A DNA stretch of 64,000 nucleotides, taken from positions 928,001 to 992,000 of the forward strand of contig CBDFJG010000003.1 of NCBI GenBank assembly GCA_965248445.1, read 5' to 3'. This stretch comes from Planctomycetota bacterium. Lineage in GTDB: Bacteria; Planctomycetota; JAJSAM01; JAJVHW01. The position numbers and the translations under genes were made by a program. Below the pieces are notes generated by a model that saw only the letters and a program-made list of their open reading frames with translations, was not told the DNA's origin and searched no databases. This document shows, in pieces, positions 19,694 through 29,797 of this stretch (its first letter is position 1; every line of letters starts with the position of its first letter).

Positions 19694-21445
19694 CTAGTGC
19701 GCCGTGCCGCCGAAGCTGAGGTGCGGGAGGAGGTCGCTCATGGCCTCTCTGAGCCGGGAGAGCACTTCCTCGGTGTCCCGCGCCTCGGTGCACCAGGCCG
19801 CCGCCTCGCGGCTCTGCTCGACCGTCAGGCACCGCACGACCTGCTTGACCTCGGGGATCGCCCGGGCGGGCACGCTGAATTCCCGCAGCCCCATCCCCAC
19901 GAGGAGAATCGTGAAGAGCACGTCGCCAGCGATCTCGCCGCACAGGCTCACCGGGACGCCCGCCTCGGAACCAGCCTTCACGACGTCGCGGATCATGCGA
20001 AGGAGTGCCGGGTGAGCAGGCTGGTAGAGGTGGGCCACACGCTCATTCACCCGGTCCACGGCGAGCGTGTACTGAACGAGGTCGTTGGAGCCGATCGACA
20101 GGAAGTCGACCTCCTCTACGAGGATGTCCGCCACGACCGCGGCGGACGGGATCTCGATCATCGCCCCCACCGGGACCCGGTCGCTGACGAAGTGCCCCTC
20201 GCCGCGCAGCGACGTGCGTGCCCGGTCGAGGAAAGCGCGGGCGCGGCGCAGTTGGGAGAGCCCGGACACCATCGGGAACAGGCAGCGCACGGTTCCGTAG
20301 GCCGACGCCCGGAGGATGGCGCGCAGCTGCGGGACGAACAGCCCGGGGCGCTCGAGGCAGAGCCGGAGCGACCGGCTCCCGAGGAACGGGTTGGGTTCGC
20401 TCGCGGCTGCCGCGTCCGGAGTGACCTTGTCGGCGCCGAAGTCGAACGTACGGATGGTGAGAGGGCGGCCCGCCAGCTGGCGCAGCGCGTCGACGTACGC
20501 GCGGAAGTGGTCCTCCTCGGTCGGGGCCGGCCGGCCGGCCTGGTAAAGGAACTCCGTGCGGAAGAGCCCGATCCCGTCGCCGCCCTGCTCGATCACCTCG
20601 GTGACGTCGTTCGCGACCTCGATGTTGCCCATCAGGCGGATCACGTGTCCGTCGCGAGTCTCGCTGGGATAGTCGCGGACGAGCTCCAGTTCGGCGCGAT
20701 ACCGCGCGAAGGCCGCAGCCGACTGCCGGTACCGCTTCATCTGCGTCTCGTCGGGGTCGACGATCACGACTCCGCGATTGCCGTCGACGATGATCCGTGC
20801 GCCGTCCTGGACCCGCGACGTGATGTCGCCGACACCGACCACGGCCGGCAGCCCCATGCTGCGCGCGACGATGGCCGTGTGCGACGTGGGCCCGCCGACG
20901 TCCGTGACGAACCCCCGCACGCGGGCGCGGTCCATCGAGACCGTCTGCGACGGGGTCAGGTCGTGGGCGCAGACGACGTGCTCTCGGTCCGACCGGAGCA
21001 ACTCCTCCTGACGGTCTCCCAGTAGAACACGGAGCAAACGGCGCTCGATGTCACGGATGTCCTGGCCGCGCTGCGCGAAGTACGCGTCCTCGATCGCCTC
21101 GAAACGCGCTGCGACCTGGTCGAACACCTGCGCGACGGCGAACTCGGCCGAGACGAGCCGTGACCGGACGAGACTCTCGATCTCCGCATTCAGCACCGGG
21201 TCCTGCAAGACCATGTCGTGCGACGCGAAGATGGACCCGATCTCGCTTCCGACGCCCGCCGCCTCACGCAGGGTGGTCAGTTCGGCGAGCGCCGACGCCA
21301 TCGCGTGCGCGAGGCGCTCGACCTCACCGTCCGCCTCGTCGGCGGTGATCGCGCGCTCGGGGACGCTGCGCTCCTCGGTCTCGAGGAGATAGACCTCTCC
21401 CATCGCGAAGCCGGGGCCGACGGGGATGCCTGTGTGGATTTCCAT
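19694..21445 (-). CDS. ptsI: PTS enzyme I (PEP-protein phosphotransferase)
   Basis: GGPTSHTAIVARS (phospho-His), GIGLFRTEF, NPFLGSR, SIGSNDLVQY, LCGE. Confidence 0.95.
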   Translation of the reverse strand: MEIHTGIPVGPGFAMGEVYLLETEERSVPERAITADEADGEVERLAHAMASALAELTTLREAAGVGSEIGSIFASHDMVLQDPVLNAEIESLVRSRLVSAEFAVAQVFDQVAARFEAIEDAYFAQRGQDIRDIERRLLRVLLGDRQEELLRSDREHVVCAHDLTPSQTVSMDRARVRGFVTDVGGPTSHTAIVARSMGLPAVVGVGDITSRVQDGARIIVDGNRGVVIVDPDETQMKRYRQSAAAFARYRAELELVRDYPSETRDGHVIRLMGNIEVANDVTEVIEQGGDGIGLFRTEFLYQAGRPAPTEEDHFRAYVDALRQLAGRPLTIRTFDFGADKVTPDAAAASEPNPFLGSRSLRLCLERPGLFVPQLRAILRASAYGTVRCLFPMVSGLSQLRRARAFLDRARTSLRGEGHFVSDRVPVGAMIEIPSAAVVADILVEEVDFLSIGSNDLVQYTLAVDRVNERVAHLYQPAHPALLRMIRDVVKAGSEAGVPVSLCGEIAGDVLFTILLVGMGLREFSVPARAIPEVKQVVRCLTVEQSREAAAWCTEARDTEEVLSRLREAMSDLLPHLSFGGTAH

Positions 21446-21508
21446 GTGCGTGCGGGCTCAGTGCGTACGGCTGTCGCCGTGAGCGTCGCCCACAGGCTAG
21501 TGGGCAGG

Positions 21509-21865
21509 CTACGTGGTCTTGCTCGACTCCACGACCTCGACGAGCTGACGGAGGGTCTCCGCGGCTTCGCGGGCCGGGCCGCGAACCTCGATCTCGAGTT
21601 CGGTCCCCTGCGTCGCCGCCAGCATCGCGAGTTCGATCACGCTGGCGCCGTTGACCTCACGCCCGGCGCAGCGCACCGTGACGTCGCAGCCCGAGCCCGA
21701 CGCGATCCGGGCGAACGCGGTCGAGGGACGCAGGTGCAGCCCGTTCGGACTCTGGACGGTGACACACGCCGTTGCGCCCGCAGCACCAGACCCATCAGCA
21801 CGCGCCCCTTCAGCACGAGAATCGACCGGCGACTCACCCGCCGGTGCTCCGCCGCTCCCGCTCAT
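21509..21865 (-). CDS. ptsH: HPr/NPr phosphocarrier with N-terminal extension
   Basis: NGLHLRP (His15) and VNGASVI (Ser46); start uncertain. Confidence 0.88.
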   Translation of the reverse strand: MSGSGGAPAGESPVDSRAEGARADGSGAAGATACVTVQSPNGLHLRPSTAFARIASGSGCDVTVRCAGREVNGASVIELAMLAATQGTELEIEVRGPAREAAETLRQLVEVVESSKTT

Positions 21866-21866
21866 G

Positions 21867-22334
21867 TCAGCGCCCGACATCGACTTCGAGGAACAGCTCG
21901 TGCAGACTCTGCGCGTCGCGCGTCGTGCGGAGCACCCGCGTGTAGTACTCGGACCGGGCCATCCGCGCGATCCAGCTGAGAATCCCGACGTGCGTGTCGC
22001 GCTCCTCGAGGGGCGAGATGACCATGAAGAGGCTATGCACGGACTCGCCGTCGGTCGCGCCGTAGTCGACCGGGTCAACCAGCTTGGCGAAACCGACGAT
22101 CGGGCGGTCGACGGCAGACGTCCGGCAGTGGGGGATCGCGATTCCGCGACCGAGTCCCGTTGACCCGACGCGCTCACGCTTCAAGACGCCGCGGAACACG
22201 GTCCCGCTTGCCTCCTCGGTGAACGCGCCCGCCCCGGCGAGTTGATCCACGAAGGCGCGCAACACGTCGTCGCGCTCGCCAGGGGGAACCTCGGTGAACA
22301 CGTGCTTGCGCGGGAGGTGCTCTGCGATCTTCAT
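21867..22334 (-). CDS. ptsN: PTS IIA (Ntr/Fru type)
   Basis: RERVGSTGLGRGIAIPH motif; in the rpoN-hpf cluster. Confidence 0.88.
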   Translation of the reverse strand: MKIAEHLPRKHVFTEVPPGERDDVLRAFVDQLAGAGAFTEEASGTVFRGVLKRERVGSTGLGRGIAIPHCRTSAVDRPIVGFAKLVDPVDYGATDGESVHSLFMVISPLEERDTHVGILSWIARMARSEYYTRVLRTTRDAQSLHELFLEVDVGR

Positions 22335-22741
22335 CCGGCGGTGTCCCCTGCGCCCGTGTCCCCTGAGCCTGTGTCATCGGAGCCTGTGTCATCGGAGACG
22401 TCCATCGCGGTTCCTTCGCTAGCGCGCGCCCGGCGGCGCTGCTCGCCCCGCTGGCGGTCATCGATGCGCTCCTTCATGCGGCGGAACGACGTCTCGAGTT
22501 TGTCGACGGCGAGGTCGACGGATGCGCGCCAGTCCTCGTGCTTCGCGTGCACGACCAGTGGAGCCCCCCGGTCCAGGTGCGCGATGCACTCCACCAACTT
22601 CGAGAGATGGTCGGCATCGAGGATGATCTCGAGCGAGCGGGCGTGGCGGTTGAAGCGACCGAGAGGCTCCATCTTCGCCTCCGCGTACTCCTTCACGTCG
22701 TCCGGGATCTGCGTGTGGCGACCGGTGACCTGAACTCTCAC
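22331..22741 (-). CDS. hpf: Ribosome hibernation factor HPF/RaiA
   Basis: VRVQVTGRH...YAEAK...ASVDLAVDKLE...KER. Confidence 0.88.
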   Translation of the reverse strand: MRVQVTGRHTQIPDDVKEYAEAKMEPLGRFNRHARSLEIILDADHLSKLVECIAHLDRGAPLVVHAKHEDWRASVDLAVDKLETSFRRMKERIDDRQRGEQRRRARASEGTAMDVSDDTGSDDTGSGDTGAGDTAG

Positions 22742-22891
22742 ATGATGCTCCGTCCGTTGGGCGAGCCCCACTGCGGCGATACTGCTTGCGGCGACGCGAG
22801 AATCGGGCGACGCGGAGACGCAGCCCCGACCCTTCACTGCCGCGACCGATCCTATCAGTCCAAGTGAACGAATCCGCGACCGCCAGGCGCC

Positions 22892-23770
22892 CTAATCCGG
22901 CCCGAATCCATCCGCGTACTCGATGCGGACCAGAGTCAGACCGGCGGCCGGCGCGGGGGGCGGACCGAGACGCCTGTCTCCGGAACGCAGGAGGTCCGCG
23001 ATCCACTCCGGCGGGCGGCGGCCGGACCCGACCTCGACCAGTGCCGCAGCGATGTTGCGGACCATCATGTACAGGAAGCCTGGACCCTGAACGTCGATGC
23101 GCACGCGGCCGAACGCCCGCTGCACGTCGATCTGTTCGAGCGTGCGAACGGTGTCCTGATCGCGTCGGGCGGGACCCGGGTCGTTTCGGAACGCGCGAAA
23201 GTCGTGCTCGCCGACCAGGTGGAGCGCGGCCACGCGCAGAGGCTCGACGGACAGCGGTGGCCAGAGGCGCCATGCCGCGCGCTCGTGCGCCGGACTCTCC
23301 GTGGCCTGTTCGAGAATTGTGTACCGGTACAGCTTGCGCACCGTCTCGCGCTGAGGGTTCCAGTCCTCCGGCGCCGGCTCGACGAGGAGGACCCGAATGT
23401 CCGGCGGGAGCAACTGCAGCGCGAGATGCCGTAACGCGTCGGCCGGCAGTCCCGTGCGAGAGTGGAAGCGGATCGCCTGCGCGTCCGCATGAACGCCGGC
23501 GTCGGTGCGGCCGGCTGCGTGCGTCACCGCGTCACAGCCGGTCGCCGCTTCGAGCGCCGCCTCGATCATCTCGCAGATCGACACGAGCTCGGACTGACGC
23601 TGCCAGCCGGCGTAGGCGCTCCCGTCGTAGGCGATCAATGCACGGTACGCGCGGGTCTCTTCGCGGACCGGAGGCGGGCGGCGGCCGCGCAAGTGCTGTG
23701 TGCGGAGACGGGAGCGAGCGGCGATGCGCGCGGGGGTTGGGGGGGGAGAGGGTGAGGGGGGCGCGTCCAT
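22892..23770 (-). CDS. truA: tRNA pseudouridine(38-40) synthase
   Basis: AYDGSAYAGWQRQ, AGRTDAGVHA, GEHDFRAF, GFLYMMVRNI; start uncertain. Confidence 0.93.
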   Translation of the reverse strand: MDAPPSPSPPPTPARIAARSRLRTQHLRGRRPPPVREETRAYRALIAYDGSAYAGWQRQSELVSICEMIEAALEAATGCDAVTHAAGRTDAGVHADAQAIRFHSRTGLPADALRHLALQLLPPDIRVLLVEPAPEDWNPQRETVRKLYRYTILEQATESPAHERAAWRLWPPLSVEPLRVAALHLVGEHDFRAFRNDPGPARRDQDTVRTLEQIDVQRAFGRVRIDVQGPGFLYMMVRNIAAALVEVGSGRRPPEWIADLLRSGDRRLGPPPAPAAGLTLVRIEYADGFGPD

Positions 23771-24127
23771 CTCGCTCTACGATCGCGCTTGCCACTGCAG
23801 AAGCGTGTAAGAGTTCCGCCCGCACTGGTGCGACGGGCGCGGGAACGTGCGGACGGTTTGTCCACTCGCTGCGGCCGGGGGGCCTGCGCTCGCGTTCGCT
23901 GGCGCGCGCGCGCCCGACCCGAGCACCCGAATCGTCTGATCCTCACCATCGCGGGCCCGGGCCGCTGCAGAAGCCATTACCTATGGCTTCTGCCCCCTCG
24001 CGCGCTGACGCGCGCGCTCAGGTCGCGGCCGTGTGAGCCCGTCCGCCGGCGGTGGCCTACCGCCGCGATGGACCGGGTTGAGTGTGACAACGGCTTCGCG
24101 AACGGCGACAGCCGACGGCGGACGGGC

Positions 24128-25810
24128 TCACACCCATTTCCTTCTCTGCCTCGACGACGGGATGCTGAGCTGCTTGCGGTACTTCGTCACCGTGCGGCGG
24201 GCGATCGAGAGACCCTTCTCCTTCAGCGCTGCCGCGACGTCGTCGTCGGACATGGGACTCGTCGTGTCTTCGCCATCGATGATCTCCTGCACCATCTGCT
24301 TCACCTTGTGACGCGACTCGACCTTGCCGCTGGCCGACTCGGTGCCGCCCGTGAAGAAGAACTTCAGCGCTTGCACGCCCTGCGGCGATTGCACGTACTT
24401 GTCCGCGATCGCGCGCGAGACGGTCGAGACGTGGATGCTCAGTTCGTCAGCTACGGTCTGCATCTTGAGCGGTCGCAGCCCGTCGATGCCGCGGTCCAGG
24501 AACGCCCGCTGGTGGTGGAAGATGCGCTGCGCGACACGCGTGAGCGTCTGCTGTCGCTGGCGGATCGCCTCGATCAGCCAGCGCGCGTGGTCCACCCGCT
24601 TGCGGTACATGTTGCGGACGCGTTCGAGTTGCGCCGGATCGCCGGCCACCTCGACGGCTGCCAGGGAGACGGCCAGGGGCGGAAGCTGCGACGACACGAG
24701 ATCGACCTCGTACTCGCCGTCCTCCCGCTGTGTGACCACCACGTCCGGGTGCACTACGCGTGCGGACTCCGTGATCAGCATGCCGCCGGGACGCGGATCC
24801 AGTCCGCGCAACTCCTCGATCAGCATCTGGATCTCCTCGACGTCCAGATGCATATCGCGGGCGATGCGCTGCAGGCGGTTGCGCTCGAGGTCTTCGAGGT
24901 GGTCCTCGAGCAAACGGCGCTTCTCCGCGTAGAGAAGGTCGGACCGGTCGAGCTGCAGCACGAGTGTCTCGGTGACCGTCCGGCCCGCGATTCCGCGGGG
25001 TTCCAGGCTCTGCACGAGTCCGAGCCCGTGCTCCGCTTCCTCGAGTGTGTAGTCCGCGGCGAGGCGTTCGAGCATCTCGACCAGCGGATAGCTGCGCAGC
25101 ACGTCGCGCGGCGAGAGCGGCTCGCCGTTGGACGACGCGCGAATGCGCTGCACGCGCGTGAGGACGTCCTGCGCCTCGAGGAGGTGACGGTCCCGCGCCT
25201 CCTCTGCGGCGGCGATCTGCTCGGCGTTCACCCCGCGCTTGGCCTTCGGGACCTTGACTGCGGCGATGCCGTCAACCGACGCGACGAGGTCGGCGAGCGG
25301 CTTCTCGAGGTACCCGTGCTCGTCGGTGGCTTCGATGATCGACTTCGCGAACCGGTGCGGTGCGAAGTACCCGCGCTCGTCGAGGTTGTAGATGATCGCG
25401 CGGGCCAGCTCGAGCAGACGCGGGTCGCGCTCGAGCATCCGGAGCTGGTCGGCCAGGAGGTCGTGCACGGTCGGCCCGGAGCCCGCCGTGTTCTGCAGAG
25501 CCTCCATCTTCCCGTTGCGATCGTCGCCGCCGGCCGCGCGGGGAGGACGCCACTCGTCCCAGTCGTCGGGGCTGTACTCGTCGATCTCGGCGTTCGTCGG
25601 GCCCGCGTCCTCGCCCTCTTCCTCGACCTCTTGCGGCTCCGCCGGATCGTCGATCTCGAGAGCGTCATTCTCGTTGAGTTGCGCCTCGACGTAGTCCAGC
25701 AGGCTGGCCATCGGGAGCTGGAGGATCTCGATCGCCTGGATCATCTGCGGCGCCAGACGCAGCTCCTGCCTCTGCTGGAGCTTTGTCTCGAGATGCAGGT
25801 TCATGCGCAT
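24128..25810 (-). CDS. rpoN: RNA polymerase sigma-54
   Basis: PQMIQAIEILQLP, HVSTVSRA, RpoN box ARRTVTKYR. Confidence 0.95.
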   Translation of the reverse strand: MRMNLHLETKLQQRQELRLAPQMIQAIEILQLPMASLLDYVEAQLNENDALEIDDPAEPQEVEEEGEDAGPTNAEIDEYSPDDWDEWRPPRAAGGDDRNGKMEALQNTAGSGPTVHDLLADQLRMLERDPRLLELARAIIYNLDERGYFAPHRFAKSIIEATDEHGYLEKPLADLVASVDGIAAVKVPKAKRGVNAEQIAAAEEARDRHLLEAQDVLTRVQRIRASSNGEPLSPRDVLRSYPLVEMLERLAADYTLEEAEHGLGLVQSLEPRGIAGRTVTETLVLQLDRSDLLYAEKRRLLEDHLEDLERNRLQRIARDMHLDVEEIQMLIEELRGLDPRPGGMLITESARVVHPDVVVTQREDGEYEVDLVSSQLPPLAVSLAAVEVAGDPAQLERVRNMYRKRVDHARWLIEAIRQRQQTLTRVAQRIFHHQRAFLDRGIDGLRPLKMQTVADELSIHVSTVSRAIADKYVQSPQGVQALKFFFTGGTESASGKVESRHKVKQMVQEIIDGEDTTSPMSDDDVAAALKEKGLSIARRTVTKYRKQLSIPSSRQRRKWV

Positions 25811-26017
25811 GGGCCGGCTGAGTCCTCCTGGCGCTCCGTTCCTGATTGCCGAACAGTGGGCACCCGACCCCTGTCATCGAGAGCCAGGCTCCTCGAATGT
25901 AGCCCTTTCCCGGCCTCCAGTACGCGGATTCCAACAATTGGCCCGACAGTTGCGGGTACGATGTGGGGAAGGGGGAAGTGCGCCCTGGCCGCCGCGCGTC
26001 GGCGCGATCGAGCACGG

Positions 26018-26644
26018 TCAGTCGAGGTCGCCGCTGTCCTCCGGCTCCGCCAGGTCGAGCCGTCCGAGGATGGCGTCCTGGAGCATCGCCGCCGACGCGT
26101 TCTCGAGTGAATACCCGGTCGGCACACCCCGCGCGATGCGGCTGACGCGCACGCCGGTCGGGAGCAGCGCCCGTTCGACCAGCAGCGCCGTGCCGTCGCC
26201 TTCAAGATCGGGGCTGGTCGCCAGCACCACCTCGCCGATCTCCTCCTCGCGCACCCGGCGCACCAGTGACGCGACGTTCAGGTCGTCGGGTCCCACTCCG
26301 TCCAGCGGCGAGACCTTTCCGCCGAGCACGTGGTATCGCCCCCGCCACGCCGTCGCTTCTTCCAATGCGACGACGTCGCGCGGTTGCTCGACGACGCACA
26401 GGCGCGTCGCGTCACGCCGCTGATCGGAACAGATCGCGCAGGGATCGGTCTCGGTGACCGTCGCGCACCGGGAGCACGACCGCGTGTTCTCCTTCACCGC
26501 GCGGATGGCGTCGGAAAGACGCAGCGCGTCCTCGCCTGAGACCCGCAACAGATGATGGGCGAGGCGCTCGGCCGTCCGCCGCCCGACCCCCGGCAGCCGC
26601 GCCAGCTCCTCGAGCAGCCGGTCCATCGATTCGCCGTACGACAC
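26018..26644 (-). CDS. recR: Recombination mediator RecR
   Basis: LPGVGRRTAERLA, C4 Zn finger, TOPRIM EGDGTA. Confidence 0.96.
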   Translation of the reverse strand: MSYGESMDRLLEELARLPGVGRRTAERLAHHLLRVSGEDALRLSDAIRAVKENTRSCSRCATVTETDPCAICSDQRRDATRLCVVEQPRDVVALEEATAWRGRYHVLGGKVSPLDGVGPDDLNVASLVRRVREEEIGEVVLATSPDLEGDGTALLVERALLPTGVRVSRIARGVPTGYSLENASAAMLQDAILGRLDLAEPEDSGDLD

Positions 26645-26673
26645 GCTGTTCCCCGCTACGCGCTACCGGCGCT

Positions 26674-26991
26674 TCAGATCAGGCCCGGCAACGAGAGACC
26701 ACCCGTCACCTTGGCCATCTCGGTCTGCTGGAGCTCCTGCGACTTCTCCGCGCTCTTCTGCACGGCAGCGACAATCAGGTCCTCGAGCATGCCCAGGTCA
26801 TCCGGGTCGATCGCCTCGGGCTTGATCTCGAGCTTGACGAGTTCGCCGTTCCCGTTGGTGTACGCCGTCACGAGTCCGCCCGCATCCGCCTCGACGACGC
26901 GGTCCTTGAGCTCCTCCCGGAGCTTCACCAGGTTCTTCTGCACGCTCTGCGCCTGCCGGAGCATGTTGGGGTTCAGATTTTGGAACGACAT
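26674..26991 (-). CDS. ybaB: YbaB/EbfC nucleoid-associated protein
   Basis: AGGLVT..NG, LEDLIVAAV; between dnaX and recR. Confidence 0.92.
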   Translation of the reverse strand: MSFQNLNPNMLRQAQSVQKNLVKLREELKDRVVEADAGGLVTAYTNGNGELVKLEIKPEAIDPDDLGMLEDLIVAAVQKSAEKSQELQQTEMAKVTGGLSLPGLI

Positions 26992-27010
26992 GAGTCTCCT
27001 TCTGCGCGGG

Positions 27011-28849
27011 TCACGAGTCGCGCTCGACGTGCAAGATACGCCCGCCCAGTTCGCTCTCGATCATCTTCGTGAGCGGCGCCTGGTGGACCGTGTCGATCTC
27101 GGCGGAGGACAGCTTCTCGCGCATCGCGGACGGCGGGCGACGGGGGGCCGCGCCGGCGTCCGCGTCCGGCTCGGGGGCGTCCGGCCGCTCGGTGGTGCGC
27201 ACGCGCAGACGCTCGCCCACGACCTGCTCGACTGCGTCCGCGAGCCGCTCCGCCAGGTCCGCGTCGCCGAGTGCTCCACGGTGGAACCCCGCCGACGGCG
27301 GAAACGAAAGCGTGAGAGCGCCGCCGGCGACGTCCTCGACTCGCGCCGGCTCGAGCGCCGCTCCCAGCCGGCTGCTGAACCCGCGTGCGACCTCGCGCAC
27401 GTTGGCCCACGACGCTGCAAGTGTCTCGAGCGCGATTCCGCCGGACACCACGGCAGGCTCCGGCGGCACGGCCGCGGACGGCGGCGGCCCAGTGGGCCCT
27501 CTGGGCCCACTGGGTACGGCGGGTACGGCGGGTACGGCGGCCGGTGCGACGGCTTCACTCACGGCCACGGGCGCCGCGTGGGCGGCTGGAGCAGGACGGG
27601 CCTGCGCCGGTTTCTGGGGTCCGGCCGGTCTCTGGGGCACGGCCGGTCTCTGGGGCGCAGCCGCGCTCTGGGGCAACGCGGATAGGCGCGCCTCGAGCTT
27701 CTTGACGTCGCGCAGCAACTGATCCACGTAGCGCATGTCGCCGTGTCCCGCGAGGCGGGCCAGCGCCGTCTCCGCGAAGAGGCGGCCCTCGCCGAGGAGT
27801 CGCACGTTCTTGAGCGCCTCGGAAAGGAGCGTGACCGCATACGCGAGCGTCGCGTCGCTGAACTGCGCGGCCTGTTCGGACAGCGCCTGACGCGCGACGC
27901 GGTCTGCAACCACGCCGGCGGCCTGCGGGCCCTGCACCTTCACCAGCAGCAGATCGTGTGCGTGCCGCATCGCCTGACGCAGCAGTTCGCCCGGATCCGT
28001 GCCCGCGTCGAGCAACGCCGAGGTGCGCTCGAGCGCCGTCGCGACATCGCCCGATGCGACCGCCGACCACAGTCCGATCATGAGCTCGGCGGAGACCGTG
28101 CCGAGGAGCGCGTGCAGATCCTCCAGCCGCACGTCGCCACCGCCGCTTCCGCCTCCACCCAGCGTTGCGAGCTGCTCGAGCAGCGACAACGCGTCGCGCA
28201 GCCCGCCGGCCGCCGCCCGCGAGATGGCGACCAGCGCCTGGTCATCGGCGGTCATGCCCTCGCTCTCCGCGATGCGAGCGAGCGTCTCGGCGATCGACGC
28301 TGCGGGAACAGGGCGGAAGTCGAAGCGCTGACAACGCGACAGGATCGTGGCGGGGACCTTCTGCGGATCGGTCGTCGCGAAGATGAACTTCACGTGGGGC
28401 GGCGGCTCCTCCAGCGTCTTGAGGAGCGCGTTGAAGGCCTCGGTCGTCAGCATGTGCACTTCGTCCACGATGTAGACCTTGAAGCGCGTGCGCGCGGGAT
28501 GGAACGACACATTGCCGATCAGGTTGCGCGCGTCGTCCACCTTGCGATGGGAGGCGGCGTCCATCTCGAAGACGTCGAGGTCGTCCCCGCGGGCTGCCGC
28601 CACGCAGAGATCACACTCGCCGCACGGCTCGGTGGTCGGCGCGTCGTGGGACAGGCAGTTGAGTGCCCGTGCCAGGATCCGCGCCATCGACGTCTTTCCG
28701 ACGCCCCGTGGTCCACAGAACATGTAGGCATGCGCGACGCGGCCACTCTTGATGGCGTTCGTCAGCGTGCGCGCGACGGCCTCCTGGCCGACCACCTCCG
28801 TGAACGTGCCCGGACGGTACGTGCGTGCGAGAACCTGATAGCCCGACAT
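27011..28849 (-). CDS. dnaX: DNA polymerase III subunit gamma/tau
   Basis: GPRGVGKTS, DEVHML, FNALLKTLEEPP, SRCQ; Pro-rich linker. Confidence 0.97.
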   Translation of the reverse strand: MSGYQVLARTYRPGTFTEVVGQEAVARTLTNAIKSGRVAHAYMFCGPRGVGKTSMARILARALNCLSHDAPTTEPCGECDLCVAAARGDDLDVFEMDAASHRKVDDARNLIGNVSFHPARTRFKVYIVDEVHMLTTEAFNALLKTLEEPPPHVKFIFATTDPQKVPATILSRCQRFDFRPVPAASIAETLARIAESEGMTADDQALVAISRAAAGGLRDALSLLEQLATLGGGGSGGGDVRLEDLHALLGTVSAELMIGLWSAVASGDVATALERTSALLDAGTDPGELLRQAMRHAHDLLLVKVQGPQAAGVVADRVARQALSEQAAQFSDATLAYAVTLLSEALKNVRLLGEGRLFAETALARLAGHGDMRYVDQLLRDVKKLEARLSALPQSAAAPQRPAVPQRPAGPQKPAQARPAPAAHAAPVAVSEAVAPAAVPAVPAVPSGPRGPTGPPPSAAVPPEPAVVSGGIALETLAASWANVREVARGFSSRLGAALEPARVEDVAGGALTLSFPPSAGFHRGALGDADLAERLADAVEQVVGERLRVRTTERPDAPEPDADAGAAPRRPPSAMREKLSSAEIDTVHQAPLTKMIESELGGRILHVERDS

Positions 28850-28945
28850 CGGTCCCGGAACCTACCACGCACAGGCCCCTTCGCCACGTGGCCGGCGCTG
28901 GGAGAATCCGTGGCGCCGCGCCGCCGGCCCGGCATGATCCCGGGC

Positions 28946-29066
28946 GGCGCGGAGGGAGCCTCTCCGGCCGCGTGACGGAAGGACGCGAACCGGGTCAGGT
29001 CCTGACGGAAGCAGCCCTCAGCCCATCCGGCCGGGTGCGTGACCCCGGGGGTGTGAACTCCGCGCC
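28946..29066 (+). ncRNA. ffs: Small bacterial SRP RNA (4.5S)
   Basis: Core GGTCAGGTCC-TGAC-GGAAGCAGCC; terminal helix GGCGCGGAG/CTCCGCGCC; -10-like CATGAT at 28933; lies between dnaX and tadA. Confidence 0.9.
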
Positions 29067-29100
29067 ACTCGCCCCCGTCGCCACAGCGACGGGGGCGAGT
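29067..29100 (+). terminator. Hairpin after ffs
   Basis: ACTCGCCCCCGTCGC-CACA-GCGACGGGGGCGAGT perfect stem; weak U-tract. Confidence 0.6.
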
Positions 29101-29170
29101 TCGCTTCTGGCCCATCTGCTGACGAAGATGGCGCGATCAGCTGTGCACGGACGCGGAGGTGAGTCGGCAC

Positions 29171-29665
29171 GTGAACGAGATCGACCCGGCCGACCACGTG
29201 CGCTTCCAGCGCGAGGCTCTTGCAGAGGCAAGGAAGGCGGCGGACCACGGTGATGTGCCCGTCGGGGCCGTGATCGTCCACGGCGGGCGGGTCATCGGCC
29301 GTGATCGCAACCGGCGCGAGCAACTGCGGGACCCGACCGCTCATGCCGAGATGCTCGCCATCACGCAGGCCGCCGAGGCACTCGGCAGCTGGCGTCTCCT
29401 GGACACGACGCTCTACGTGACTCTCGAGCCGTGCGCCATGTGCGCGGGCGCCATCGTGCTCGCCCGCATCCCCCGGGTGGTCTTCGGAGCGGAGGATCCG
29501 AAGGCCGGTGCCGGCGGCTCCGTGCTCGACCTACTCCGGCATCCGCGCCTCAACCACCGCTCCGACGTGACCGGTGGCGTGCTGGCCGACGAATGCGGTG
29601 CGCTCCTCGTGGACTTCTTTGCCAGCCGCAGAGGAGCCGCGAAAAAGGCCCCCCCCGCCTCGTAG
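29171..29665 (+). CDS. tadA: tRNA adenosine(34) deaminase
   Basis: [26 protein letters not shown]. Confidence 0.95.
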   Translation: MNEIDPADHVRFQREALAEARKAADHGDVPVGAVIVHGGRVIGRDRNRREQLRDPTAHAEMLAITQAAEALGSWRLLDTTLYVTLEPCAMCAGAIVLARIPRVVFGAEDPKAGAGGSVLDLLRHPRLNHRSDVTGGVLADECGALLVDFFASRRGAAKKAPPAS

Positions 29666-29707
29666 CCGGGTCGCACGCAGCGGTCGTGTGCCCCACTGCA
29701 ATGCCGC

Positions 29708-29797
29708 GGAGGGGTGCCGGAGCGGTCGAACGGGCCGGTTTCGAAAACCGGTGTACGTGCAAGCGTACCGCGGGTTCAAATCCCGCCCCCTCCGCCA
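29708..29797 (+). tRNA. tRNA-Ser(CGA)
   Basis: Acceptor GGAGGGG/CCCCTCC, anticodon arm CCGGT-TTCGAAA-ACCGG, long variable arm, GGTTCAAATCC, CCA. Confidence 0.96.

Noticed and set aside
22340..22395. 15-bp tandem repeats at the hpf 3' end (DDTGS/GDTGA)
   Set aside because: In-frame low-complexity tail.
19694..25810. rpoN-hpf-ptsN-ptsH-ptsI cluster as a novel system
   Set aside because: Well-known PTS-Ntr arrangement; only the truA insertion differs.
27490..27675. 9- and 18-bp tandem repeats in dnaX; possible gamma/tau frameshift site
   Set aside because: Ordinary Pro-rich linker; no slippery A-run seen.
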